A DNA stretch of 64,000 nucleotides, taken from contig CAWGJL010000016.1 in NCBI GenBank assembly GCA_963822765.1, positions 79,158-143,157 on the forward strand, read 5' to 3'. Position 1 is the first letter of the stretch. Every line of letters begins with the position of its first letter. The DNA is from an uncultured Actinomycetes bacterium (GTDB lineage Bacteria; Actinomycetota; Actinomycetes; Streptosporangiales; Streptosporangiaceae). Positions 11,758 to 20,232 of the stretch are shown piece after piece. Under the pieces are notes generated by a model. That model was not told where the DNA came from. It saw nothing but the letters and a program-made list of their open reading frames with translations, and searched no databases. The position numbers and the translations under genes were made by a program.

Positions 11758-13132
11758 CCCCCTCAGTCCAACCCCGCTCCACCCCAGCCCCGCCCCGCCC
11801 CAGCCAGCGCCCCAGGTACCCCGCGTCCACCCCGCCCGCCGTAAACTCCTGGTCGTCGACCATGCTCGATAGCATCGGCAAGGTGGTCGCTATCCCGCTC
11901 ACCTGGCACCGGGCCAGCGCACCGCGCAGCCGGGCCAGCGCCTGCGCCCGGTCCGCGCCGCTGACCACGAGCTTGGCCAGCAGGCTGTCGTACTGCGGCG
12001 GCACGGCCGAACCCGCCTGGATGTGCGTGTCGACCCGGATGCCAGGTCCGGCCGGGAACACCGCGCTGGTCACGGTCCCTGGACTGGGCCGGAAAGCCTC
12101 CGCCGGGTCTTCGGCGTTGATCCGGCACTCGATCGCGTGGCCGCGGACGGCCACGCCGGCCTGGGATAGCCTCAGTCCGCGCCCTTCCGCGATCGCGATC
12201 TGCTCCGCGACCAGGTCCAGGCCGGTGACCGCCTCGGTCACCGGGTGCTCGACCTGGATCCGGGCGTTCAGCTCGAGGAACCAGAATGCTCCCCGTCGCG
12301 TGTCGACCAGGAACTCGACGGTTCCCAGGCCCTGGTACTTCAGGTGCAGGCCGAGGGCGACCGCCGCCACCCGCATGCTGACCCGCAGCGTCTCGCCGAG
12401 CAGCGGCGCCGGCGCCTCCTCGACCAGTTTCTGGTACCGCCGCTGCACCGAGCAGTCCCGGTCACCGAGGTGGATCACGTTCCGGCCGTCGCCCAGCAAC
12501 TGCACCTCGACGTGCCGGGCGGGGGAGACGTAGCGCTCCAGGTACACCCGCGGGTCGCCGAACGCCGCCTGCGCCTCGGCGCTGGCCACCGCGACCGCCT
12601 GCTCGAGGTCGCCGGCGTCGCGGACCACCCGCAGCCCCCGCCCGCCGCCACCGCCGGCCGCCTTGACCAGTACCGGGTACCCGATCCGCCCCGCCAGCGC
12701 GCCCGCGCCGGCTGGCTCGGCCGGCCCGCCGGGCAGCACCGGCAGCCCCGCCGCGACCGCGTGCGCCCGGGCCGCCAGCTTGTCCCCGGCCGCCCCCAGC
12801 ACCTCGGCGCCGGGTCCGATGAACACGATCCCGGCCGCCTCGCAGGCCCGCGCCAGCCGCGGGTTCTCGGCCAGGAACCCGTATCCGGGATGGATCGCGT
12901 CCGCTCCCGCCGCGACCGCCGCGGCGGTGACCGCCTCGACGCTGAGGTAGGTCTCGGCCAGTCCTCCCGGCCCGATTCTGATCGTCCGGTCGGCCATCCT
13001 GGCCGGCACCGCGTTTGCGTCCGCGTCGGAGACCGCGAGCACGCTCTCGATGCCGAGCCGCCGGCAGGTCCTGATGACCCGGACGGCGATCTCGCCACGG
13101 TTGGCGATCAGCACCCGCCGGATGGCAGGCAC
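11741..13132 (-). CDS. Biotin carboxylase subunit
   Basis: RVLIANRGEIAVRVIRTC, ATP-grasp GGGGRGLRVV, EHPVTE, IECRINAEDP. The GTG start overlaps the BCCP stop by 1 nt. Confidence 0.9.
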   Translation of the reverse strand: MPAIRRVLIANRGEIAVRVIRTCRRLGIESVLAVSDADANAVPARMADRTIRIGPGGLAETYLSVEAVTAAAVAAGADAIHPGYGFLAENPRLARACEAAGIVFIGPGAEVLGAAGDKLAARAHAVAAGLPVLPGGPAEPAGAGALAGRIGYPVLVKAAGGGGGRGLRVVRDAGDLEQAVAVASAEAQAAFGDPRVYLERYVSPARHVEVQLLGDGRNVIHLGDRDCSVQRRYQKLVEEAPAPLLGETLRVSMRVAAVALGLHLKYQGLGTVEFLVDTRRGAFWFLELNARIQVEHPVTEAVTGLDLVAEQIAIAEGRGLRLSQAGVAVRGHAIECRINAEDPAEAFRPSPGTVTSAVFPAGPGIRVDTHIQAGSAVPPQYDSLLAKLVVSGADRAQALARLRGALARCQVSGIATTLPMLSSMVDDQEFTAGGVDAGYLGRWLGRGGAGVERGWTEGGGGGG

Positions 13133-13578
13133 TAGTCCGCCCTGATGCTCAGCAGCGTGGCCCCGCGGTCGGCGAACTCGCCGTTCCCCAGGCAGATCTC
13201 GGCCACCGTGCCGGCCGTGCCCGCGCTCACCGAGTTGAACAGCTTCATGGTCTCCACGATCCCGACCACCGTGTCCGCCCCGACCCGGCTCCCCACCTCC
13301 ACGAACGGTGCCGCCCCCGGCCGCGGCGCCCGGTAGAACGTCCCCGGCAGCGGCGCCCGCACCGCCACCAGCTCCGCACCCGTTGTTTGCAGCGCACCGC
13401 CTGGCGGAGCAACGTCGGCCACGGTCGGTACAACCCGGGTCTCAACGGCCTGCGTCCACCCGTCCGGAGTGCGCCGCAGTGTCAGCCGGAAGCGAGGGGT
13501 CTGCAGGTCGAGTTCGTCGTAGGGCAGCGAGTCCAGCAGCGCCAGGATGTCGGCGACGTCCTCATTGGTCAGGTCCAT
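13132..13578 (-). CDS. Biotin carboxyl carrier protein
   Basis: C-terminal biotinyl domain with VETMKLFNSV (E-x-MK-L biotin attachment motif). The ATG overlaps the upstream TAA by 1 nt. Confidence 0.8.
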   Translation of the reverse strand: MDLTNEDVADILALLDSLPYDELDLQTPRFRLTLRRTPDGWTQAVETRVVPTVADVAPPGGALQTTGAELVAVRAPLPGTFYRAPRPGAAPFVEVGSRVGADTVVGIVETMKLFNSVSAGTAGTVAEICLGNGEFADRGATLLSIRAD

Positions 13579-14657
13579 TACAGCGGTTTCTCCAGCCAGG
13601 CCAGGATGTGGTCGCTGGCGCGGGGTTTAGGGGTGGCCAGGGGAGGTCGCTCCCGGGCCGCCCAGACCGTCTCCGGACGGCTCTGCAGCACCCTGATCCG
13701 GTCCGCGGGGTCGCCGTGCATCGGCGGGCAGGCCGGGTCATCGCCGACCAGCGCCCACTCGATGTCCTGCGGCGCGCCGTAGTGCTCCTCGACTCGTTGC
13801 CCGATCGCGGCCAGCGCCCGGGCCTCGTCGTCGGTCAGGCAGGGCCGGCCGCGCAGCGCGACAGGCATGGCCGAGGCGCAGATCCCCGGTTCGTTCGGCC
13901 GAAAAGTATGCAGCCTGAGCTTGGCACCGGTCCGCCGCCCGGTGATCTCGCCGGTCACCTTGCTGACCGTGAAGGAGTCCGGGGTCACCTCCCCGGCCAC
14001 CAGGGCCGAGCCGAGGCCCCAGGTGCCCTCGATGGCTACCACCGAACGGTCGCCGGTGACCGGGCTGCGGGTGAACATCACCCCGGCCGCGCGCGGCCGG
14101 AGCATGCGCTGCACGACCACGCCCATGGCCAGCCCGTCCTCCGGCAGCCGCAGACGGCGCCGGTAGGCGACCGACTCGTCGTTGTACAGGCTGGCCCAGC
14201 ACTTGCGCACCGCGTCGAGCACCCCGGCCGCGCCGCGCACGGCCAGGAAGGTGTCCTGCAGCCCGGCGAAGCTGGCGCCCGCGGAATCCTCCATGGTCGC
14301 GCTCGACCGTACCGCCACCGGCACGGCCGGGCCGCCGGCGGACAACTCCTCGTACGCCTGCGTGACCTGGGCCGCCACCTCCGGCGGCGGCGCGGTAGCG
14401 ACGATCCGCGAGCGCGCCCCGGCCGCCACCCGCGCGATGGCCGGCACGTCCGAAGCAGACAGCGACGCGACCGAGCCCACCAGCGACCCGGACGGATCGA
14501 CCGTGGCCAGCATCTGCCCGAACGCCAGCGTCGTCACCACGTAACCAGGCGGGACCGGAATCCCCGCCCGGATCAACTCGCCCAGGCCCGCCGCCTTGCC
14601 GCCACCAAAACCCGCAGCACCCGCCTGCGCGAGGCCACGGACAAGCGGGCCATTCAC
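13578..14657 (-). CDS. PEP/pyruvate-binding (PPDK_N, ATP-grasp) domain protein, PpsB-like nucleotide-binding subunit
   Basis: GGKAAGLGELIRAGIPVPPGYVV, VRSSATMEDSAGASFAGLQDTF, AGVMFTRSPVTGD, IEGTWGLGSALVAGEVTPD. About 40 kDa. The GTG at 14657 overlaps the upstream TGA. Confidence 0.8.
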   Translation of the reverse strand: MNGPLVRGLAQAGAAGFGGGKAAGLGELIRAGIPVPPGYVVTTLAFGQMLATVDPSGSLVGSVASLSASDVPAIARVAAGARSRIVATAPPPEVAAQVTQAYEELSAGGPAVPVAVRSSATMEDSAGASFAGLQDTFLAVRGAAGVLDAVRKCWASLYNDESVAYRRRLRLPEDGLAMGVVVQRMLRPRAAGVMFTRSPVTGDRSVVAIEGTWGLGSALVAGEVTPDSFTVSKVTGEITGRRTGAKLRLHTFRPNEPGICASAMPVALRGRPCLTDDEARALAAIGQRVEEHYGAPQDIEWALVGDDPACPPMHGDPADRIRVLQSRPETVWAARERPPLATPKPRASDHILAWLEKPL

Positions 14658-16465
14658 CCGATGACCTGGACGGTCCCGCGGTCGCCGTCGACCCGTATCC
14701 GCTGGCCGGTGCTGATCCGCTTGGTCGCGTCGCCGGTGCCGACCACGGCCGGCATGCCGTACTCCCGGGCCACGATCGCCGCGTGCGACATCGACCCGCC
14801 GATGTCCGAGACCGCCGCCTTGATCTTGCCGAACACCGGCGCCCAGCTCGGCGCGGTCACCGGGCAGACCAGGATCTCCCCGTCGCGGATGTCGCCGATC
14901 TGGTTCACGTCGGTCAGCACCCGGGCGGGGCCCTCGACCACGCCGGACGACGCGCCGAACCCCCTGATCTCGTCCGAGGACGGTGAGAGCCACGCCTCGA
15001 TCCGCTCCTGGGTCACGCCCCACAGCATGCGCACGGCAGGATCGTTCAACGCGGTGGGGACCGGCCCGAGCGCGGGCGGCGGCGACCAGTCCCGCAGCGC
15101 AGCGAGCATCCGCTTGCGCGAGGCCACGATCGGCTTCCAGTAAGCGCCGCCCAGCGGCGGGCCGCCCGCGGCCCAGGCCAGCATGACGTCCGACAGCGCC
15201 TGGTCGACCTCGGTGTGGTGCAGCTGGAACACGTCCTCGGCCTCGGCCAGCACCCCGAACCGGGCCAGCAGCGCGCCGAACTCGCGGATCTTGCCGAAGA
15301 ACTGCGTGGTGAACCAGTGCTCGCAGTAGAACTTGTGGTCCTCCACGAACGGGAACACCCGGCGGCACAGTCCCAGCATCTGGTCGAACGCCGCCTGTTC
15401 TTCCGGGGAGGTCAGCAGCGAACGGTACGCGGAGGCAAGACGGTCCCGCTCGGCTCGCAGCTTCTCGGTGGGACGCGAAGCCAGTGAACCGGACCGCACC
15501 TGGGCCACGTACCGGGGCAGCGCCGTGAACGGGACGGTCAGGTCATCGGCCCAGCTGCGGTGGTGATGATAGAAACCGTCGCCGGTGGAGACGTTGAACC
15601 ACGGCTCGCGTGCTTCCTCGAAGGCCGCCAGCCACCGCTTACCGCCCTCGCCGCGCGAGGCCAGAGCGTCAAGCACGACCGACGGCGAGCAGCCCTCGGT
15701 GAACAGGTCGTCCACCCCGGTCTCGACCGCCAGCCGGGCCAGCCCCCGCAGCTCGTCGTCGGGCCGGTACATGATCACGTCGATGCCGGCCACCATCCGG
15801 GCCGCGGTCTGGTCGCTGATCTCCGGCCAGGCCTGCTTGCAGAACTGGAAGAACACCACGTACGCGCCGTAGCCCAGCATCAGCATCTCGGTGTGGTGGT
15901 GCCACATCTTGGAGAACAGGTCGATGCACTTGTGGAAGTTCTCCCGCACGAAATGGTTCTGGGCCACACCGCGGGCCTCGAAAACCACCGACGCGTCCTC
16001 AAACTCCGGCAGCGATGGCACGGTCACCGACTCGATCGAGTCGATCAGGGCCCGCATCCGGACCTTCCACCCCTCGTAAAGGGAATCCCAGTTCTCGTAG
16101 TAGTAGCCGGCCCGCTCGCCGAAGATCGCCGCGCGGCGCCCGATCTCGGCTTGGTCGAGAACCGGGATGGCGGTGATGTAGACCCGCCCGTTGACGATCC
16201 GGTGCTCGATGCCGAGCGTGGTCGGGAAGACGAACACCCGGGCCGTGTTCGCCCCGATCGCGCTGTACGGTACTTCCGCGGTGATCGTGTCGAAGGCCGG
16301 CATCGGCTCCGGGAAGTGCATGGAGTTGTAGAACCAGAAGCGCTGGTCGTCCTCGGGCTGGAAGCGGGTGAAGTACGGGTACATGGACCGCCAGTCCTGC
16401 GCCCCGGGCGCGTCGGCGATTTCCGACGGGAGCGGGAACCTCGCGGCATCGTCAGTCCCGTCCAT
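14654..16465 (-). CDS. PEP-utilising enzyme mobile (phospho-His) domain protein with a large unassigned N-terminal domain, PpsA-like
   Basis: C-terminal swivel domain GEILVCPVTAPSWAPVF...GGSMSHAAIVAREYGMPAVVG. About 500 aa N-terminal region has no motif I recognise. The ATG at 16465 is preceded by GAGGAGGGCGCG. Confidence 0.8.
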   Translation of the reverse strand: MDGTDDAARFPLPSEIADAPGAQDWRSMYPYFTRFQPEDDQRFWFYNSMHFPEPMPAFDTITAEVPYSAIGANTARVFVFPTTLGIEHRIVNGRVYITAIPVLDQAEIGRRAAIFGERAGYYYENWDSLYEGWKVRMRALIDSIESVTVPSLPEFEDASVVFEARGVAQNHFVRENFHKCIDLFSKMWHHHTEMLMLGYGAYVVFFQFCKQAWPEISDQTAARMVAGIDVIMYRPDDELRGLARLAVETGVDDLFTEGCSPSVVLDALASRGEGGKRWLAAFEEAREPWFNVSTGDGFYHHHRSWADDLTVPFTALPRYVAQVRSGSLASRPTEKLRAERDRLASAYRSLLTSPEEQAAFDQMLGLCRRVFPFVEDHKFYCEHWFTTQFFGKIREFGALLARFGVLAEAEDVFQLHHTEVDQALSDVMLAWAAGGPPLGGAYWKPIVASRKRMLAALRDWSPPPALGPVPTALNDPAVRMLWGVTQERIEAWLSPSSDEIRGFGASSGVVEGPARVLTDVNQIGDIRDGEILVCPVTAPSWAPVFGKIKAAVSDIGGSMSHAAIVAREYGMPAVVGTGDATKRISTGQRIRVDGDRGTVQVIG

Positions 16466-17159
16466 CGCGCCCTCCTCAGCCGGCCACGGCGACCGCGGCC
16501 ACCGCACACGCCCGCGCACCTCTGCGCAGGTCCGCACCGCCGAAGCTGCCATAGCCTGCCAGGCGGATCAATGGCGGATCCAACCATTTCGGTCCGCCCG
16601 ATCTTGGGCCATCCACCAAGGCGACGCCGGGCATGGAAAATGGACTAGTAGGCACGACGGTCAGGAGCGCAGCAGACATGCCCCGCAGCGGTAATGCTTC
16701 GGATTGGCAGGACCGCCTGGCCGCGCAACGCCAGGAAGCCGAGCAGCTGGCGGCGGGAACGCAGACAGCAGATAAGGGACCGGGAGAAGGCCCGCCAGCA
16801 GGAGCATCTCGAATGCGCGGCGCACCGGCCCCCGCTGGCTGCGGCATCTTCACGGCGACAGGCGCACTCGGCGCGACGTTGACGGCCTGGAAGTGGTGCT
16901 GGCGGGCGCGCGGCAGCGGGATGCGGCGGGGACCCCGGCGGCCGGTCACCGGGTGCTGTGCGCGGCAGCCGCCGCGGACGTAGGGCTCGCGTCCGAAGGA
17001 CGCGGCGAAGCTGCCGCCCCGCAACGGCGAGTCCCCCGATTGAACCCCGGCCGCCTACAGCGGGTCACCCTGGCCGCTCTCTCCCTCCGACTACTCGCGT
17101 CCCTTCCTCGCTGCTCCACAGCCCCGGCCGTCAGGCATGGCGCGCCGGAGGTGCGCCCT

Positions 17160-19400
17160 TGAAGCCGTAAAGAAAGTTGTAACAGTTCCTGTTCGGGCGG
17201 TTGTGATCAAGGTCATTTCTGGTCATGATGGCCGCATGGTTGCCGCAGCGGTCTTCTTCGTTCTCCTCGTTTTTTTACGGCGCGGTTCGTCACGGGTGGC
17301 AGAGGTTTGCTGATCGGGCGGCTCGCTGGCATCCTTGCGATTTACATCCTTCTGTGGCTGTTCATCGCGATATCGAGCCCGACTACCGCTTCCGGTCTCG
17401 CCCGGTTCTTCGCTGGTGGCGTATCCGGGGCCATTACAGGCCTGGTCCATTTTCTGAATGACGTGTTCGGATCACACTAACGACCTTCAATAGCGGGGGT
17501 TACTGGGCCTGGTCACCCCGCACGCGGTGTGCTATGCCGCAGGGCGCTCGACATCTGGCTCGCTTGATCCGCAGAAGCTTCCAAGGCTGCCGAGACTCCG
17601 CCGCATCTGGCCGCCCTGATTGACCCGGATGACCCCGATGGCCTTCGCGATGCCTACGGTTGGCGAAGCGACAAGCTGGAGGAACATCTGTTGACGGATG
17701 TCCAGTTCAGTATGCTTCGTCACCCTTTGTATCGCTCGGACCAGCATGGGCGTTATACAAATATATGCGTGGACAGTTCGGAAGACACACGATTTATCCT
17801 AATTCATGCCGGAATCAACTACTACGGGCAGAGCAACATTTGTCTGCTAGAAACAAAGGTCCTGACGGTCTCCCCATCGTTACCATATCGCAAGATTAAT
17901 CTGTCATACCTTCGGTTGGCTTACGCGTCTTACAGGCATTAACAGCCACATCAAGCGGAATGCGGCCAATGCCATCACCTATGCAGATTATTGATCTGCT
18001 GCGGAAATAGAAACTATGAGAGGGTTAAGTGTCGATTATCCTTATGAATCAAATATCATCACTAGCCCGCCTGTAGCTACCGATGACAACCAGGCGGTCA
18101 ATTGCCCTGATCCTGTCGCCCGTTGGCTTGTTGCTTATCTCTGCAGCCAGGCTAATCATCGTCGCGAACTTCAATACGACGACAGCCGTAACGATCGCCT
18201 CGTCCGGCGGATTCGTTAACACCCTGCTAGGCACGGTTATACCGTTGATCCCTGTCTTCATGCCTTACGTGGCGCTCCTTCTGCTGCTCACCCGGCACTT
18301 TCTCCTTAGCATAATGACCTTCATATTCGCGGCATTTATCTCTCCCACCTCTATAACGGCGGCCGAGGGTCTCCGTGTTGCAGAAGCATACTGGAATCGA
18401 ACGGTCGCCGTATTTCACAACTATCGAACAATACCCCTGGTAATTTTGATAATAATCTTTATCGCTGTTTGGATCTATAACAGAAGTTTTGTTGAAGGAT
18501 TGAGCATTATCGTCGTGATGGTTGCAGCACTTACGCTCGTGATCGCGATACCGAACCCATATTTTCCATTGCCGGTGCGCTTGGCGAGTAACAATGAACA
18601 TCATCTAGTCGCCCGCGTGTCCTCCGGGGCTTTCGGATACTCTGGGCTCGACATACTAGTGGCCCTGGGCATACTGGCTATTGTATTCATTGTATATACC
18701 GCCGCTACAGCGTCAAGCCCGGAGGTTGGGCTACTAGATGGCTTTTCCTGGCTGCTAACCTCCGTAGTGGCTCTGATCGCCGCCATTGCCTTCTTTCCGT
18801 ACCTTCATTTTATATATCCGGTTCCGCAAAATCGTGGTTACTATGCTGAAGCCGCACACGCGATGTGGTTGAACGCGGAACGGATCGAACTGGATACTCA
18901 CCTTGTCTATTATGGCTACGTTTTAACATCCGATGACCAGTGGTTTACCGTGTTGCTGGTCAACAGCAGACTTATTGCCTATCTTCCCGCCAATGAAATC
19001 GTTGGCAGGTCTGTCTGCCAGCCTGGGATGCAAGGTCAATCCAACCAGTCCCCGCCCCTAATCCCTTGGCTCTATCACCGACCTCGAAGCCTTCGGTCCT
19101 GTGCACGCGAGGACGAGATCGCGTTGATTACTGCATTTCTATCAAGCGGTCAGTCACTCAGAGCGATATCCTCAATAACACACACCGAGCCAGAACGCAT
19201 CATTTTTCTCACTAACCGACATCTTCATGAAAAGCTTTCTGCTGCGCTGCGCGCATACGAATGCAGGCATGATTGGGATGCGCCAACCCCTGTAGGGCAG
19301 CGCTTCTACTACTATCCAAGACTCGCTCCTTACTAAGAAGTTGATAGTTGTAAACCAACATGCCTCTGACACGGCAGCCGTAGATCGTGATCTGTTGGAG
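17160..19400. other. AT-rich (low-GC) islet, probable horizontally acquired DNA
   Basis: Abrupt compositional change against GC-saturated flanks. One long ORF only. An IS-like remnant lies directly to the right. Confidence 0.7.
18083..19336 (+). CDS. Orphan polytopic membrane protein (7-8 TM) with a hydrophilic C-terminal domain, no recognised family
   Basis: 417-aa ORF with an in-frame stop just upstream of the ATG. Hydrophobic segments such as IPLVILIIIFIAVWIY and GLDILVALGILAIVFIVY. Codon usage is AT-rich, unlike the host. Confidence 0.6.
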   Translation: MTTRRSIALILSPVGLLLISAARLIIVANFNTTTAVTIASSGGFVNTLLGTVIPLIPVFMPYVALLLLLTRHFLLSIMTFIFAAFISPTSITAAEGLRVAEAYWNRTVAVFHNYRTIPLVILIIIFIAVWIYNRSFVEGLSIIVVMVAALTLVIAIPNPYFPLPVRLASNNEHHLVARVSSGAFGYSGLDILVALGILAIVFIVYTAATASSPEVGLLDGFSWLLTSVVALIAAIAFFPYLHFIYPVPQNRGYYAEAAHAMWLNAERIELDTHLVYYGYVLTSDDQWFTVLLVNSRLIAYLPANEIVGRSVCQPGMQGQSNQSPPLIPWLYHRPRSLRSCAREDEIALITAFLSSGQSLRAISSITHTEPERIIFLTNRHLHEKLSAALRAYECRHDWDAPTPVGQRFYYYPRLAPY

Positions 19401-19466
19401 CGTCCTCGTTGGTCAGCGGGACGGGTGGCCTCTGGCATGGCCCGGCCGCCGCAATCATGATCGTCT

Positions 19467-19862
19467 GTGACAACAAAGCAGGACGCGGCGACCGTGGAGG
19501 CAACCGTAGCGCAACAAGTGTGGCGGGACGGCTTAGGGGAGAGGGCGGGCCTGGTGGCCAGATGCTTCCCGCGCCGCGAGACGCGCGCGATGCTGATGGG
19601 TGTGGCGCAGGCGAACTGCTGGACGCTGGCCGAAGCCCTCGGTCACGGCGACTCGCACCGCCTCCAGAACTTCCTGGCCCATGCGGTGTGGAACCACGAT
19701 GCCGTGCGCGACCGGACGGCCCGGTGGGTCGCACATCAACTCGCTGATGACCAGGCGGTATTGGTGGTGGACGAGACGGGCGACGAGAAGTCGTCCACGG
19801 ACGGGGGCCGACGCCGGGCGCCAGTACTGCGGCGTGCTGGGCGCCCAGGACCAGGGCGGCTC
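19467..19862 (+). mobile_element. IS701-family transposase N-terminal remnant (frameshifted and truncated)
   Basis: CFPRRETRAML...NCWTLAEALGH..PHRLQNFL..AVWNHDAVRD...AVLVVDETG, then a frame change to GRQYCGVLG (the RQYSGTAG motif). Only about 130 of more than 400 aa are present. Confidence 0.65.
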
Positions 19863-20232
19863 CAGCTACGACATCATCGACCTCACCGCCGACCCACCTC
19901 GCCTCGACAGAAAGTACGTGCGGGACGAGGCGCTGCAAGCCCGGCAGCTCACCGAGACGCTCGCCATCTTCGACGACGCGAAGGTCGACGGCGCCTTCGT
20001 CCACACGTTCATCCAGCCGCTCAACGAGTACAACGCCGACCCGAGGTTCGACTTCGACATGGCCAGCTACAGCCTGGTCAAGAGCTACGGGACCCGGATT
20101 GGCGGCCTGGCCGCGCAGTTCCCTGGCATCCCCCTGGGACCTGACCCGTCCGGTACGGCCTACCCCGGCCTGTCCTGGCAGCCCAAGGAGTCATTTCACG
20201 CCGTCGCCACCTACTACGACGAAAAGCCCTAG
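19863..20232 (+). pseudogene. 3' fragment of a disrupted gene (C-terminal about 120 aa, glycosidase-like hypothetical)
   Basis: High-GC3 frame reading YDIIDLTADPP...VDGAFVHTFIQPLNEYNADPRFDFDMASYSLVK...HAVATYYDEKP. It has no start and is fused in frame to the IS remnant. Confidence 0.4.

Noticed and set aside
9559-11844. 761-aa plus-strand ORF across the HAD and carboxyltransferase genes
   Set aside because: The opposite strand carries unmistakable HAD and PycB-type motifs, so this is a shadow ORF.
10273-13578. BC/BCCP/CT genes as ordinary acetyl- or propionyl-CoA carboxylase
   Set aside because: The carboxyltransferase is the HMGL/5S pyruvate-oxaloacetate type (LRDGNQ, KDPAGLL, HAHC), not the crotonase-fold AccA/AccD/PccB type.
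13308-15143. 611-aa plus-strand ORF across the BCCP and PPDK_N genes
   Set aside because: It is a shadow of well-supported minus-strand genes.
16476-17024. 182-aa minus-strand ORF upstream of the operon as a real gene
   Set aside because: Only about 50 codons have coding-like GC3. The rest overlaps the operon leader with poor codon quality and no motif. It is treated as a possible remnant, not a CDS.
17223-17942. Small ORFs in the AT-rich islet (17223-17450 minus, 17532-17747 minus, 17660-17899 and 17691-17942 plus)
   Set aside because: They overlap each other, lack convincing ribosome-binding sites and recognisable motifs, and cannot be distinguished by eye. They are mentioned under the islet finding only.
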